From an uncultured Gammaproteobacteria bacterium (GTDB taxonomy: Bacteria; Patescibacteriota; Microgenomatia; UBA10105; UBA927), in contig CAZNKB010000001.1 of the NCBI GenBank assembly GCA_964573695.1, positions 132,497-196,496 of the forward strand: a DNA stretch of 64,000 nt, in the 5' to 3' direction. A model generated the notes under the pieces. That model searched no databases. It was not told the origin of the DNA and saw only the letters and a list, made by a program, of their open reading frames with translations. Each line of letters starts with the position of its first letter. Positions within the stretch are counted from its first letter, which is position 1. The position numbers and the translations under genes are program-made. Below are positions 9,899-19,332 of this stretch, in pieces.

Positions 9899-10639
9899 AT
9901 GGGTTTCTTGAAAAAATATTGGTATTTAATGCTGGTTACCATAATTACGGTGGGTATTGGCGTGGTAGCCTACTTGACCAGCACCAAACTGGAGCAACAG
10001 CAACCGGTGGCTCCGACCGTACCACAGGTCACGCCGAAAGCCAGCGATATCAACTGCAAACTTGTCTTTAGCATAGGTACGGAACCCACACCGACCCCGA
10101 CACCGACGGTTGGACCGTCGCCAACACCGACCCCAACACCGTCGCCAACACCGACAGCGACACCGGGACCGACGGCTACACCGACACCGACCACGCCAGC
10201 CAACAATACGAAGCCGGAGTGTACGGATCTCACGGTCGAACCGGCAACCGGCACTGTGCCCTACACCGTCACCCTCACCTGTACCGGAAAGGATGAGGAC
10301 GGAGATATAACCGCAGCCGAATTTACCATGCCGGACGGATCCAAGAAACTTGTTGAACAAAACGTGGGAAGTCCGGGGTCACTGACCACCACATACACGG
10401 TCACCACCGGTGGTGCGTATAGCTTCTCCTGTCAGGTACGGGACAACAACAACGCCTGGATATCAAGCGATGCCTGTCGGGTGTCCGCCGGTCCGACGCC
10501 TCCTGGACCGACAGCGACACCTGCCCCGGTCGCCGTCAATCCGACGCCGAAAGTACCGGTGGCTGGAGTTCCCTCGGTACTGGGAGCGAGTGTGGTTGCC
10601 GGAGGCGTACTCCTCTTACTTCTGGGATTGGTGTTTTAA
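9899..10639 (+). CDS. Surface protein: N-terminal TM, Pro/Thr-repeat linker, PKD/Ig-like domain, C-terminal TM anchor
   Basis: PTPTPTPT...SPTPTPTPSPTPTATPGPTATPTPT low-complexity region, a beta-rich domain with paired Cys, and a C-terminal hydrophobic helix. ATGG start overlaps the upstream stop. Confidence 0.45.
   Translation: MGFLKKYWYLMLVTIITVGIGVVAYLTSTKLEQQQPVAPTVPQVTPKASDINCKLVFSIGTEPTPTPTPTVGPSPTPTPTPSPTPTATPGPTATPTPTTPANNTKPECTDLTVEPATGTVPYTVTLTCTGKDEDGDITAAEFTMPDGSKKLVEQNVGSPGSLTTTYTVTTGGAYSFSCQVRDNNNAWISSDACRVSAGPTPPGPTATPAPVAVNPTPKVPVAGVPSVLGASVVAGGVLLLLLGLVF
10084..10200 (+). repeat. Pro/Thr-codon (ACACCGAC-type) low-complexity tandem repeat inside a surface-protein gene
   Basis: acaccgaccccgacaccgacgg...ccaacaccgacagcgacaccg repeats seen directly. 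Generates spurious Arg/Cys-rich antisense ORFs. Confidence 0.7.
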
Positions 10640-10669
10640 AGGGGGTACCGTCACAAAACTCTATTCTGA

Positions 10670-11698
10670 TTATTTGAGTGACGATTTAACAAAGGCATGT
10701 ATTGCCTCGAAACTTTCCACAGGCAGTAGGACATACCTACCATACCAGGAACTGGGAGGCGTGTATAATTTGTCTTCAAGCGATATCCGCTGTGTCTGTT
10801 CTTTCGGGGTATTCATAAACAACTTACCCACCGTAAGCACTTCGCCGATATTCATGTCCATATCAGTAGCTTCGTCAAAAGCGCCATAAAGCTTCTCTGC
10901 CTGCTTCGGATTAAGATATACATCTTTGGATAATAACTTTGACTTGAGCGCGAGCAATACTTCCTGTTGTCTCCGGCCCCGTGCAAAGTCACTTCCTTCT
11001 TCCCCTTCAGCGTGTCGGCTTCGCACATATTTGAGCGCTGTATCACCATTCATCGTTTGCATCCCGGCTTCAAAGTGCAACGGCTCGTATCGACACCGAA
11101 GAAGCGGGTCTCCGTTACAAGGATCGTTTTCTTTTCCGGGGATCGGAAATTCTGAATCCGTGAAGCTTTTGGGCACGTTAATCTCCACCCCACCAGCCAA
11201 ATCTATAACTTTACGGAATCCCGAAAAATCCAAAACAAGCGCATATTGAATCGGAAGGCCGACCATATCGGAAACTATAGCCTTAGCGAGCACTAACCCT
11301 CCTCCCTTTTTCTTTATTTCCCCGTAATGATAGGCGCTGTTTACCTTATCTTTGAGAGTATCTGACCAGACGTCGCGGGGAAGCGAAATCATGGATAAAG
11401 TACGATTCTTTTCATGGAATGACAAAACGAGAATAGTATCGGTCAAATCCGTTCCTTCATGATTTCCTCCGGGGATACCCAGAAGTAATATATTTACTCT
11501 CCCCTCCATAGGGTGAAGGTTGGCGCCGGAATCAAAGATCAGGCGGGCAAGGGTTGTCGGGGTTATACCGGTCGTTTGCATAAAACGCAACGAAAACAAC
11601 ACGGCTTTTGCTGCAATAAACAAAACGAATGCTGCTGCCAACAAAAGTATGACAATCGATATCTTCGTGACGTGTCCCCGACGGATTCGTGATTCCAT
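10670..11698 (-). CDS. LCP family (LytR-CpsA-Psr) cell-envelope polymer transferase
   Basis: N-terminal TM then NILLLGIPGGNHEGTDLTDTILVLSF...LPRDVW, the hallmark LCP-domain N-terminal strand/motif. 342 aa. Confidence 0.75.
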   Translation of the reverse strand: MESRIRRGHVTKISIVILLLAAAFVLFIAAKAVLFSLRFMQTTGITPTTLARLIFDSGANLHPMEGRVNILLLGIPGGNHEGTDLTDTILVLSFHEKNRTLSMISLPRDVWSDTLKDKVNSAYHYGEIKKKGGGLVLAKAIVSDMVGLPIQYALVLDFSGFRKVIDLAGGVEINVPKSFTDSEFPIPGKENDPCNGDPLLRCRYEPLHFEAGMQTMNGDTALKYVRSRHAEGEEGSDFARGRRQQEVLLALKSKLLSKDVYLNPKQAEKLYGAFDEATDMDMNIGEVLTVGKLFMNTPKEQTQRISLEDKLYTPPSSWYGRYVLLPVESFEAIHAFVKSSLK

Positions 11699-11718
11699 AG
11701 GTTAGCAATACCAGAATA

Positions 11719-12375
11719 TTATAACGCGGCACTTATGAGCGCCTGAAATTTCTTGGGGTCCAAACTCGCCCCGCCGGGAAGCACACCGTCAATTGCGTCC
11801 ATAGCAACAAACCCCCGCACGTTCGTCTCAGTCACACTCCCCCCATAAATACACGTTGAAACGCCATGTGTTTGTTTGATCTTTTGTATCACGTTATTTG
11901 CATTTTCCGGAGTGTCTGTTTTACCGGTTCCGATTGCCCACACGGGCTCGTACGCGACGACCTGCACGCTACTGGGGATACTTGTGTGTTCATCCGGTAC
12001 GCAGTAAATAACGTTCAATCCCGCTTCGACGGCGCGCGTAACTTTCTGCTCAAGTATCGCATCGGTCTCACCGAAATTCTTTCTCCTCTCGGAGTGTCCT
12101 ATGATTACCCATTGAGCAAATTCCCGAACTTGTGAAGCGCTCACTTCCCCTGTGTACGCGCCGTTTTCATATGGCGAAATGTTCTGAGCTCCAAGCTGCC
12201 AATGTCTACCCTTACTCATAAGAACGTCGTGAAAAAACGAAAGGAGGGTAAACGGCACACACAACACAACCGTTGTATCCTTGGTGATACCTTCAAATTG
12301 TTCCACCCAGAATTTTGCTTCTGATAGCGTCTTATTACTTTTCCAATTCCCCGCGATAAAAAGCTTTTTGTTCAT
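11719..12375 (-). CDS. tpiA: Triosephosphate isomerase
   Basis: LFIAGNWKSN, GHSERR and YEPVWAIGTG motifs. Start at MNKKLF (12373-12375), diverging from the helicase gene. Confidence 0.85.
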   Translation of the reverse strand: MNKKLFIAGNWKSNKTLSEAKFWVEQFEGITKDTTVVLCVPFTLLSFFHDVLMSKGRHWQLGAQNISPYENGAYTGEVSASQVREFAQWVIIGHSERRKNFGETDAILEQKVTRAVEAGLNVIYCVPDEHTSIPSSVQVVAYEPVWAIGTGKTDTPENANNVIQKIKQTHGVSTCIYGGSVTETNVRGFVAMDAIDGVLPGGASLDPKKFQALISAAL

Positions 12376-12391
12376 GCTACTATTATAGTCT

Positions 12392-14236
12392 ATGTCTGAC
12401 GACCTCCTCAATGATTTAAACCCCGATCAACGAGTTGCAGTCACCCATACCGACGGGCCGGTACTCATCCTGGCCGGAGCAGGCAGCGGCAAAACTCGGG
12501 TACTCACCTATCGGGTAGCTTATCTCATTACCAATCGCCACGTATCGCCCCACAATATCCTCATGGTCACATTCACCAACAAAGCTGCTGCGGCCATGAA
12601 AGAACGGATACGCGCGATAATCAAAACCAAGGATCTGCCGTATGCCGGCACATTTCATTCGTTGTGTGCCAAAATACTCCGGATTGACGGCAAAGAAATC
12701 GGTATACCCCCTAATTTTGTTATCTATGATGACGCCGACCAGATCGACGCCATAAAAGAAATCATGAAAAAATTTGATATTTCGGTTAAGAATTACAATC
12801 CGAGAGCCGTACTTGCCACTATATCTCAAGCCAAAAACGAGCTCATACCGGCACTTGAATATCCGCAATACGCCCGCGGCAACTTCCAGGAAACGGTAGC
12901 CCGGGTGTATTTGGGATACCAAAAACTACTATTGGAAAACGAAGCGCTCGATTTTGATGACCTGCTTATGAAGACAGTAACGCTATTCCAAAAACATCCG
13001 GAAATACTGGGGAAATACCAGGAAAAATATCATTACGTCTTGGTCGACGAGTATCAGGACACCAACAAAGCGCAATATATACTCACCAAGCTGCTAAGTG
13101 CACGCAGGCGTAATATTTGTGTGGTCGGAGATGCATCACAATCCATATATCGCTGGAGAGGGGCGGATTTTCGCAACATTACGAATTTCCGGTCAGACTT
13201 TCCCGAGACAGCGGTATTTAACCTGGAGCAGAATTACCGATCCACCCAAACGATATTAAACGCCGCGTATGGAGTCATCTCCAAAAACACATCACACCCG
13301 GTACTCAATCTCTGGACCGACAAAAAAGGCGGCGACCAGATCACTCTTTATGAAGCGCGAAATGAACAGGACGAAGCGACCTTTCTCATTCACACGATTC
13401 TTCAATCCGGCAAACCGTATTCGGATTTTGCTGTCCTTTACCGAACAAATGCACAATCCCGAGTACTGGAAGAAGCATTTCTTCACGCCGGGGTTCCCTA
13501 CACATTGGTCGGAGGAACACGATTTTATGAACGCAAGGAAATCAAAGACGTGCTTGCCTATTTACGATTGCTTTCCAATCCCAAGGACACCGTTTCATAT
13601 AACCGCATCGAGAAATTAGGGAAAGGCAGGCTTGCAAAATTTCTCTCTTTTGCCGAAAAAATCTCGAAAGACAACGCACTTATAGAGCACACGACGCTCG
13701 AACTTCTCGATTCGATAATCGAAGTCACCGGCTATCTGGACCTCTATGATGCAAATATCGAAGAAGAGGCCTATCGGCTGGAAAACATAAAAGAGCTGCG
13801 AAGTGTCGCGACGGAGTTTCCCTTCCTTTCGGAATTCCTGGAAAATGTCGCCCTGGTTGAACAGGAATATATCCCCAAAAACGTAAAAGATGCCAGCGGA
13901 CCCCGGGACGCCGTCACCCTTATGACACTTCATGCAGCCAAAGGACTTGAATTCCCCGTTGTGGCTATCGTGGGCATGGAAGAAGGAATATTTCCACACA
14001 GTCGATCCCTTATGGAAAAAGACGAAATAGAAGAAGAGCGTCGGCTCTGTTATGTTGGGATTACCCGGGCAAAAGATAAACTCTATCTTACCTATGCAAA
14101 CCGGCGGCTGTTTTTTGGTACCAGAACACAAAACATGATTTCGCGGTTTATAGCTGACATACCTGAATCAGTCATGAATATTCAGGTGTCGCTGGATGCA
14201 AATCGGGGATTTCGCGAAGACGATATGTTGCTTTAG
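12392..14236 (+). CDS. UvrD/PcrA-family SF1 ATP-dependent DNA helicase (short, 614 aa)
   Basis: LNPDQRVAVTHTDGPVLILAGAGSGKTRVLTYRVAYLI (motif Q/I), DEYQDTN (motif II), and motifs III-VI recognisable through the length. Confidence 0.8.
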   Translation: MSDDLLNDLNPDQRVAVTHTDGPVLILAGAGSGKTRVLTYRVAYLITNRHVSPHNILMVTFTNKAAAAMKERIRAIIKTKDLPYAGTFHSLCAKILRIDGKEIGIPPNFVIYDDADQIDAIKEIMKKFDISVKNYNPRAVLATISQAKNELIPALEYPQYARGNFQETVARVYLGYQKLLLENEALDFDDLLMKTVTLFQKHPEILGKYQEKYHYVLVDEYQDTNKAQYILTKLLSARRRNICVVGDASQSIYRWRGADFRNITNFRSDFPETAVFNLEQNYRSTQTILNAAYGVISKNTSHPVLNLWTDKKGGDQITLYEARNEQDEATFLIHTILQSGKPYSDFAVLYRTNAQSRVLEEAFLHAGVPYTLVGGTRFYERKEIKDVLAYLRLLSNPKDTVSYNRIEKLGKGRLAKFLSFAEKISKDNALIEHTTLELLDSIIEVTGYLDLYDANIEEEAYRLENIKELRSVATEFPFLSEFLENVALVEQEYIPKNVKDASGPRDAVTLMTLHAAKGLEFPVVAIVGMEEGIFPHSRSLMEKDEIEEERRLCYVGITRAKDKLYLTYANRRLFFGTRTQNMISRFIADIPESVMNIQVSLDANRGFREDDMLL

Positions 14237-14471
14237 GCGGTCAAGCGGAACACGAAAAGAACCAGACTCCCGAAAACTACACTTATCGCCATAATCATTT
14301 CCACGGCCAGAAAAAATTTTGCGACCCCACGAACATGACCGAAAGAAAAAATGGGGAATATCAAACGGCTGTCGATCGGCAACCAATGCAATGGAGGCTC
14401 TGATCGAATCGGTCGTTTTTGCTTCATCGCACGATATTGTACCATACCCGCAAAAGCGCGATAATACATAT

Positions 14472-15479
14472 ATGCCGAAGGCCTCCCGAACAACCCAAAA
14501 ACCTCGCGAGCTCAACGAAAAAACCTGGAATGCACAGGCCGGCCATCCGCTGCAGTCATGGCAATGGGGTCGGTTTCGCGAGCACATGGGGATATCCCTT
14601 GTCCGACACAATGGCTGGCAACTCACATTTCATCGTATTCCCCATACGGGTTGGACCGTCGGCTATTTCCCAAAAGGGCCCAGGCCTACGCCCGCTATGC
14701 TCGAGCAGCTCAAAAAAATAGGCCGGGAACAAAAAGCCATATTTATCCAGTTGGAACCCGATGTCATCGCTCAGTCCCACCGTCCATTCTCCGGCATGCG
14801 CGATCTCGTACCATCTCATCATCCCCTGTTTACCAAATATACGTTTGTCTTCGATCTTACAAAATCCGAAGACGCTCTTCTGGCTGCTATGCATTCAAAG
14901 ACACGCTATAACCTTCGGATTGCACAAAAACACGGCGTGACGGTCCAGGAAGACAACTCAGACGAGGCTTTCGGAGAATATCTTCGCCTTTCACAAGAAA
15001 CTACCGGACGCCAGGGATTTTATGCACACGATGCCCATTATCACGAAGCGATGTGGTCAACTATGAAAAAAGCCGGTATTGCGCATCTGTTTACCGCGAA
15101 GTACCAGGAAAAGACGCTTGCCGCGTGGATTATTTTTTCCTGGAAAAAAACACTCTATTATCCCTATGGTGCATCGAGCAGGGATCATCGGGAGGTTATG
15201 GCGCCGACGCTCATGCTTTGGGAAATAGCGAAATGGGGCAAAGCCCACGGGTATCTGTCGTTTGATTTATGGGGAGCACTTGGCCCTTCGCCCAAGACAG
15301 GTGAACCGGATCCCCATGACCCGTGGTACGGATTTCATCGCTTTAAACAGGGATTCAATCCAACGCTCGTAGCGTATGCCGGATCGTTTGACCTTATACT
15401 CAGACCGTTCTTATACAAATTATATACGTGGGCAGATACCATACGCTGGATCCTCCTCAAAAAAAAGACTGACAAATAA
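14472..15479 (+). CDS. FemAB/MurM-family aminoacyl-tRNA-dependent peptidoglycan branch peptidyltransferase (paralog 1)
   Basis: Fem-type fold signature (QSWQWGRF..., paired GNAT-like halves). Start chosen at MPKAS (14472), preceded by a 235-bp noncoding stretch with a TTGTAC-N17-GATAAT promoter-like element. Confidence 0.55.
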   Translation: MPKASRTTQKPRELNEKTWNAQAGHPLQSWQWGRFREHMGISLVRHNGWQLTFHRIPHTGWTVGYFPKGPRPTPAMLEQLKKIGREQKAIFIQLEPDVIAQSHRPFSGMRDLVPSHHPLFTKYTFVFDLTKSEDALLAAMHSKTRYNLRIAQKHGVTVQEDNSDEAFGEYLRLSQETTGRQGFYAHDAHYHEAMWSTMKKAGIAHLFTAKYQEKTLAAWIIFSWKKTLYYPYGASSRDHREVMAPTLMLWEIAKWGKAHGYLSFDLWGALGPSPKTGEPDPHDPWYGFHRFKQGFNPTLVAYAGSFDLILRPFLYKLYTWADTIRWILLKKKTDK

Positions 15480-15484
15480 TTCAC

Positions 15485-16312
15485 ATGGAAATTCAACAGT
15501 CGGCGTTTTATGCATCGTATATCCGTTCGCTCGGGTGGATAGTGGAAAAAATTGACGGTTGTTATGTTTTTATCAAACCATTTCCTCTCATTGGCGGATT
15601 AGCAAAAATCCAACGCGTGACCCGTCTCCCGAAGATACGCGCACTGCTCCCAATACTTCGCACCTATCGGGTACGTACACTCGCAATCGAACCGGACAAC
15701 CGCGTCAAACAACAAACGTTTACGAGTTGGTGTCGTAGAGCGGGTCGCTACATCAAACTTAATCGGGATTCGTTTATACCCACAAAAACAATCCGCGTTA
15801 ACGTACGGAAAGAAGAACATGAATTATTTTCTCAACTGAGTGAGGCAAAACGCAGGGCAGTTCGCCGCGCGCAAAAAAACGGCGTTACGGTCTCGGTTTC
15901 AATGGACATAGATGCGCTCATTCGCCTCAAAAACCGTTCGGCCGGATTTTTAGGATTTATCACTACGGCCGGAGCCCGTAAGCTATGGTCCGCTCTACCC
16001 GACGGAAAAAAGGCAATCTTACTAGCACGGAACCGGGACAAACACATAGTCGGAGGAATCATGCTTATTTGTTGGAATCATATTGCCTATTATTGGATAG
16101 CCGGCGCGCTCCCTTCAGGCAAAAAACTCTTTGCACCGACGCTGCTTGTATGGGAAGCTCTCAAGGAATCCAAGCGTCTCGGGTGTATCTCACTCGATTT
16201 CGTCGGCGTATGGGACGAGCGGCACCCGGACAAAAATCATGAATGGAAAGGGTTTACCAAATTTAAGGAGGGCTTCGGCGGAGAAACGCTGTATTACCCT
16301 ATCGTTTTCTAA
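15485..16312 (+). CDS. FemAB/MurM-family peptidyltransferase (paralog 2)
   Basis: 275 aa. Follows paralog 1 after 5 bp. Similar Fem-type architecture with a C-terminal ...WKGFTKFKEGFGG motif. Confidence 0.55.
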   Translation: MEIQQSAFYASYIRSLGWIVEKIDGCYVFIKPFPLIGGLAKIQRVTRLPKIRALLPILRTYRVRTLAIEPDNRVKQQTFTSWCRRAGRYIKLNRDSFIPTKTIRVNVRKEEHELFSQLSEAKRRAVRRAQKNGVTVSVSMDIDALIRLKNRSAGFLGFITTAGARKLWSALPDGKKAILLARNRDKHIVGGIMLICWNHIAYYWIAGALPSGKKLFAPTLLVWEALKESKRLGCISLDFVGVWDERHPDKNHEWKGFTKFKEGFGGETLYYPIVF

Positions 16313-16342
16313 ACCCCGAAAAAATTCGACTATCCCTCTTGT

Positions 16343-19303
16343 CTAGGACAAGCCGCAAAATAGCTTGTATTCGCAACGTTCGCATAATTGGTTATTCGAA
16401 CAATGAAAATCTGACTGCTCTATCTGTCTTGCTATATCGACGATAACGGCTTTTTCTTTTTCCAGCTGGTCAATCGATCGCGCAGTCGACATCTTGGTTT
16501 GTGTATCGAAAAAATATAACGACAGGATGATATCCCCGGGCTTTTTCCCAAAGGGAATGGCCGGTATCTCACTCGCTGCTAATGCATACATGGATAACTG
16601 TAAATTTGCATCTACCTCCCGCTTACTCGGCATACGGCCGGTTTTGTAATCGATAATCTCGATGCTCCCGTCGTTAAGGACATCGACGCGGTCAATTTTC
16701 CCGCCGATTTTTAGCGATTTGCCTTCATGGGAAATCGGAACCACAAACGGCTGCTCAAGCGCAGCTATTCTAGTTTCCGGCGAAAATTCCTTGTCAAAAT
16801 AATCCGAAAGATATTTTTCTCCCCGCTTTTTCATATCTATCTCGTACCGCTTGTTTTCATACCCTTCCTTGCGCCAGCGCGCTTCCAATCGTGCAAGGAG
16901 CAGGCTTTTTGTAACCTTTTTCCCTGACGAGTGAAGTTCATAAAAATCATATAACGCATCGTGAACACTGGTTCCGAACGAAAGTGACGCTGACGCAGGA
17001 GTCGGGATATTAAACACATACCGCAGTTTATAGTGGAGCGGGCAAAGCCTAAACGTTTCTATCTGTGAATAGGAAAGATAGGAAACCTCCACGGGCCTAG
17101 GCGTCGTGCTGGTATCGGCTTCAATCGGTCGAGAATCTTTTTTCCAGTCCAGAAGCGACATTTGTTTCGGTTGCAACTCCGGCGGCAGGATTGTATCCTT
17201 GCCTATCACTTCATAGACAAAGGGGGAAAGCTTCTTTTCCCGCTTTCCCTCCCCGTAATAATTAGCCCCGGTAAAAAACAAATAATCCCTGGCCCTCGTC
17301 ATACCTACATAGCATAGCCTCCGTTCTTCCTCTATGTGATAATCCCCTTCCGGTAGTTCTTCTTTGATAAGCGCTTCCGGAATGGGAATTGTCTCCTTGC
17401 GCTCGACGGTCGGAAATCGTGCAGACACGAGGTTAACCAGGAACACTACGGGAAATTCAAGCCCTTTTGCACCATGAACGGACAGGATGTTCACGGCATT
17501 GTTGGTCGTCCAGTCGGTATCGTTAGACAACGGCGACTCACCCAGCTCCATAGAAAGCTCGATCCAGTCGAGTACCGCCGTTACCCCTGCATCGCTGTGA
17601 TCCGTTTCGTACGTTTTGAGTTTGCTAAAAAATTTGGATATGTTATTGGCAATTTTCTCGTCAATCGGCGCGCTGTAATCCAAAATATTTTTCATCATGC
17701 CCGTGTCGGTGAGGAAATAAAACAACAGCTGTCCGGCACTCTCCCTGATAACCAACCCTAAATGCCGATGAATCATCTCGACAAGCTTGGATATTTTTTC
17801 TACGGAAGATTCCTCCATAACGGGAATCACCACATCCTCAAAGTGACGCACGCCGGCTATCACTTCTGCCGCCTCAAAAAGGGACATGTTTTTCTTTCTC
17901 GCCATGTTTGATACGACCGCTATATCACGAGCGGGAATAGCAAAATACTCCATGGAAAATATACGGAACAGGGAAATATTGTCTTCAAAATTATGAAGGA
18001 CCTTAAGATACGAGATAAGATCTTTTATCTCAGGCTGACGGAATAACTGCCCCGGACCCAAAAATTGATACGGTACATCATGGCGCTCTAACGCACGGAC
18101 AAATGGCTCTGCGTGATTGTTTGCACGGACCAAAATAGCTATATCCTTCCATTCAAATTTTTTGCCTTTCGTTTTTTCGGTTTCTGCCATGCGTTTTATT
18201 TCCTTGGCTACGGCGTCCGCTTCGTTTTCTATCCGGTCCGTATAAATCAATTTCGGCCATACACCGGCAATGGCGCGCTTGGAAACGAGCTTCTTGTTGA
18301 TATGCTCCTTCACCTCGAGTCTGTCAGGGTTATTATTCTGAATAAGCTGATACGACGCATCGAGAATTGATTGGGTAGAACGATAGTTTTGCGAAAGAAC
18401 AATCAGCTTGGCGTTGGGAAAATTCTTACGAAATGACAAGACGTTGGAGACGGCCGCTCCTCTAAATTTATAAATACTCTGGTCATCATCGCACACGGCC
18501 GTAATATGTTGCTTATCCCCGGCAAGCAGCCCGATAAGTTCGTTCTGCGCAATATTCGTATCCTGAAATTCGTCGACAAGGATATATCGGAACTGACGCT
18601 GATAAACTGAAAGAATATTTTTCCGCTGCCGGAAAAGCGAAAGTGTTTGTGTTATAAGATCACCAAAGTCCATGTATCCTTCACGAATTTTTATGTCCTG
18701 ATATTGTGTATATGCACGGGCTAACTCTTCATATTTTTTCATTTCCAATGCCTTTTCTTCGTCTGCGGGATCCACGTGTTTTTTTTGCTTGTTGACCCAT
18801 TCAAGATACTGAGCCGGTAACACATCTTCGTCCTGCAATCTGGAAAAATGCTGGAGCATGCCGCCAATAAATTTCGTCGGGTTGCCCAATGGTCGGAAAT
18901 ACTCGAGATCAAAATGAAAAAGATTTGCGCGGAACAGCATGACGGCCTCAGTATCGGTCATAAGCTTATAGGCGGGGTTGAGACCGACGTGAATCGCCTC
19001 CTGTCGGAGTAATCGGTCACAAAACCGATGAAAAGTAGAAATCCACATCTGCGTCACGCCATACGGCATGATCACATCGACACGCTCTTCCATTTCCCGA
19101 GCGGCTTTTTCGGTGAATGTAAGCGCCAGAATCTCAGACGGTTGAGCCTTCCCACCGGCGATGAGGTATTTAATCCGTTCGGTGACTACCGTCGTTTTCC
19201 CGGTTCCCGCCCCCGCAATGATAAGGAGCGGTCCGTCGCCAAAATGGACAGCTTCCTCTTGCTGTGCATTGAGCGAACGGGTGCCCGACGAAGATTGAGT
19301 CAT
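16343..19303 (-). CDS. UvrD-type SF1 helicase fused to a C-terminal RecB/AddB-type PD-(D/E)XK nuclease with Cys4 (Fe-S-like) motif
   Basis: N-terminus QQEEAVHFGDGPLLIIAGAGTGKTTVV (Walker A), DEFQDTN motif II. C-terminal ~250 aa carries IDRVD...IEIIDYKTG (PD-D/ExK core) and a terminal C-x5-C-x2-C-x5-C motif. Confidence 0.75.
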   Translation of the reverse strand: MTQSSSGTRSLNAQQEEAVHFGDGPLLIIAGAGTGKTTVVTERIKYLIAGGKAQPSEILALTFTEKAAREMEERVDVIMPYGVTQMWISTFHRFCDRLLRQEAIHVGLNPAYKLMTDTEAVMLFRANLFHFDLEYFRPLGNPTKFIGGMLQHFSRLQDEDVLPAQYLEWVNKQKKHVDPADEEKALEMKKYEELARAYTQYQDIKIREGYMDFGDLITQTLSLFRQRKNILSVYQRQFRYILVDEFQDTNIAQNELIGLLAGDKQHITAVCDDDQSIYKFRGAAVSNVLSFRKNFPNAKLIVLSQNYRSTQSILDASYQLIQNNNPDRLEVKEHINKKLVSKRAIAGVWPKLIYTDRIENEADAVAKEIKRMAETEKTKGKKFEWKDIAILVRANNHAEPFVRALERHDVPYQFLGPGQLFRQPEIKDLISYLKVLHNFEDNISLFRIFSMEYFAIPARDIAVVSNMARKKNMSLFEAAEVIAGVRHFEDVVIPVMEESSVEKISKLVEMIHRHLGLVIRESAGQLLFYFLTDTGMMKNILDYSAPIDEKIANNISKFFSKLKTYETDHSDAGVTAVLDWIELSMELGESPLSNDTDWTTNNAVNILSVHGAKGLEFPVVFLVNLVSARFPTVERKETIPIPEALIKEELPEGDYHIEEERRLCYVGMTRARDYLFFTGANYYGEGKREKKLSPFVYEVIGKDTILPPELQPKQMSLLDWKKDSRPIEADTSTTPRPVEVSYLSYSQIETFRLCPLHYKLRYVFNIPTPASASLSFGTSVHDALYDFYELHSSGKKVTKSLLLARLEARWRKEGYENKRYEIDMKKRGEKYLSDYFDKEFSPETRIAALEQPFVVPISHEGKSLKIGGKIDRVDVLNDGSIEIIDYKTGRMPSKREVDANLQLSMYALAASEIPAIPFGKKPGDIILSLYFFDTQTKMSTARSIDQLEKEKAVIVDIARQIEQSDFHCSNNQLCERCEYKLFCGLS

Positions 19304-19332
19304 TGTGGGGTCATTATATCACTGGCTCACAC

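Noticed and set aside
9926-10360. Arg/Cys-rich 144-aa ORF (and 10110..10310 Arg/His-rich ORF, 9970..10254 Gly/Val-rich ORF)
   Set aside because: All are alternative-frame or antisense readings of the ACACCGAC Pro/Thr codon repeat in the 9899-10639 gene.
14168-14626. 152-aa and 86-aa minus-strand ORFs (14168..14626, 14233..14493) between the helicase and Fem genes
   Set aside because: Overlap the well-supported Fem paralog start region on the opposite strand. No motif. More likely an untranslated promoter region.
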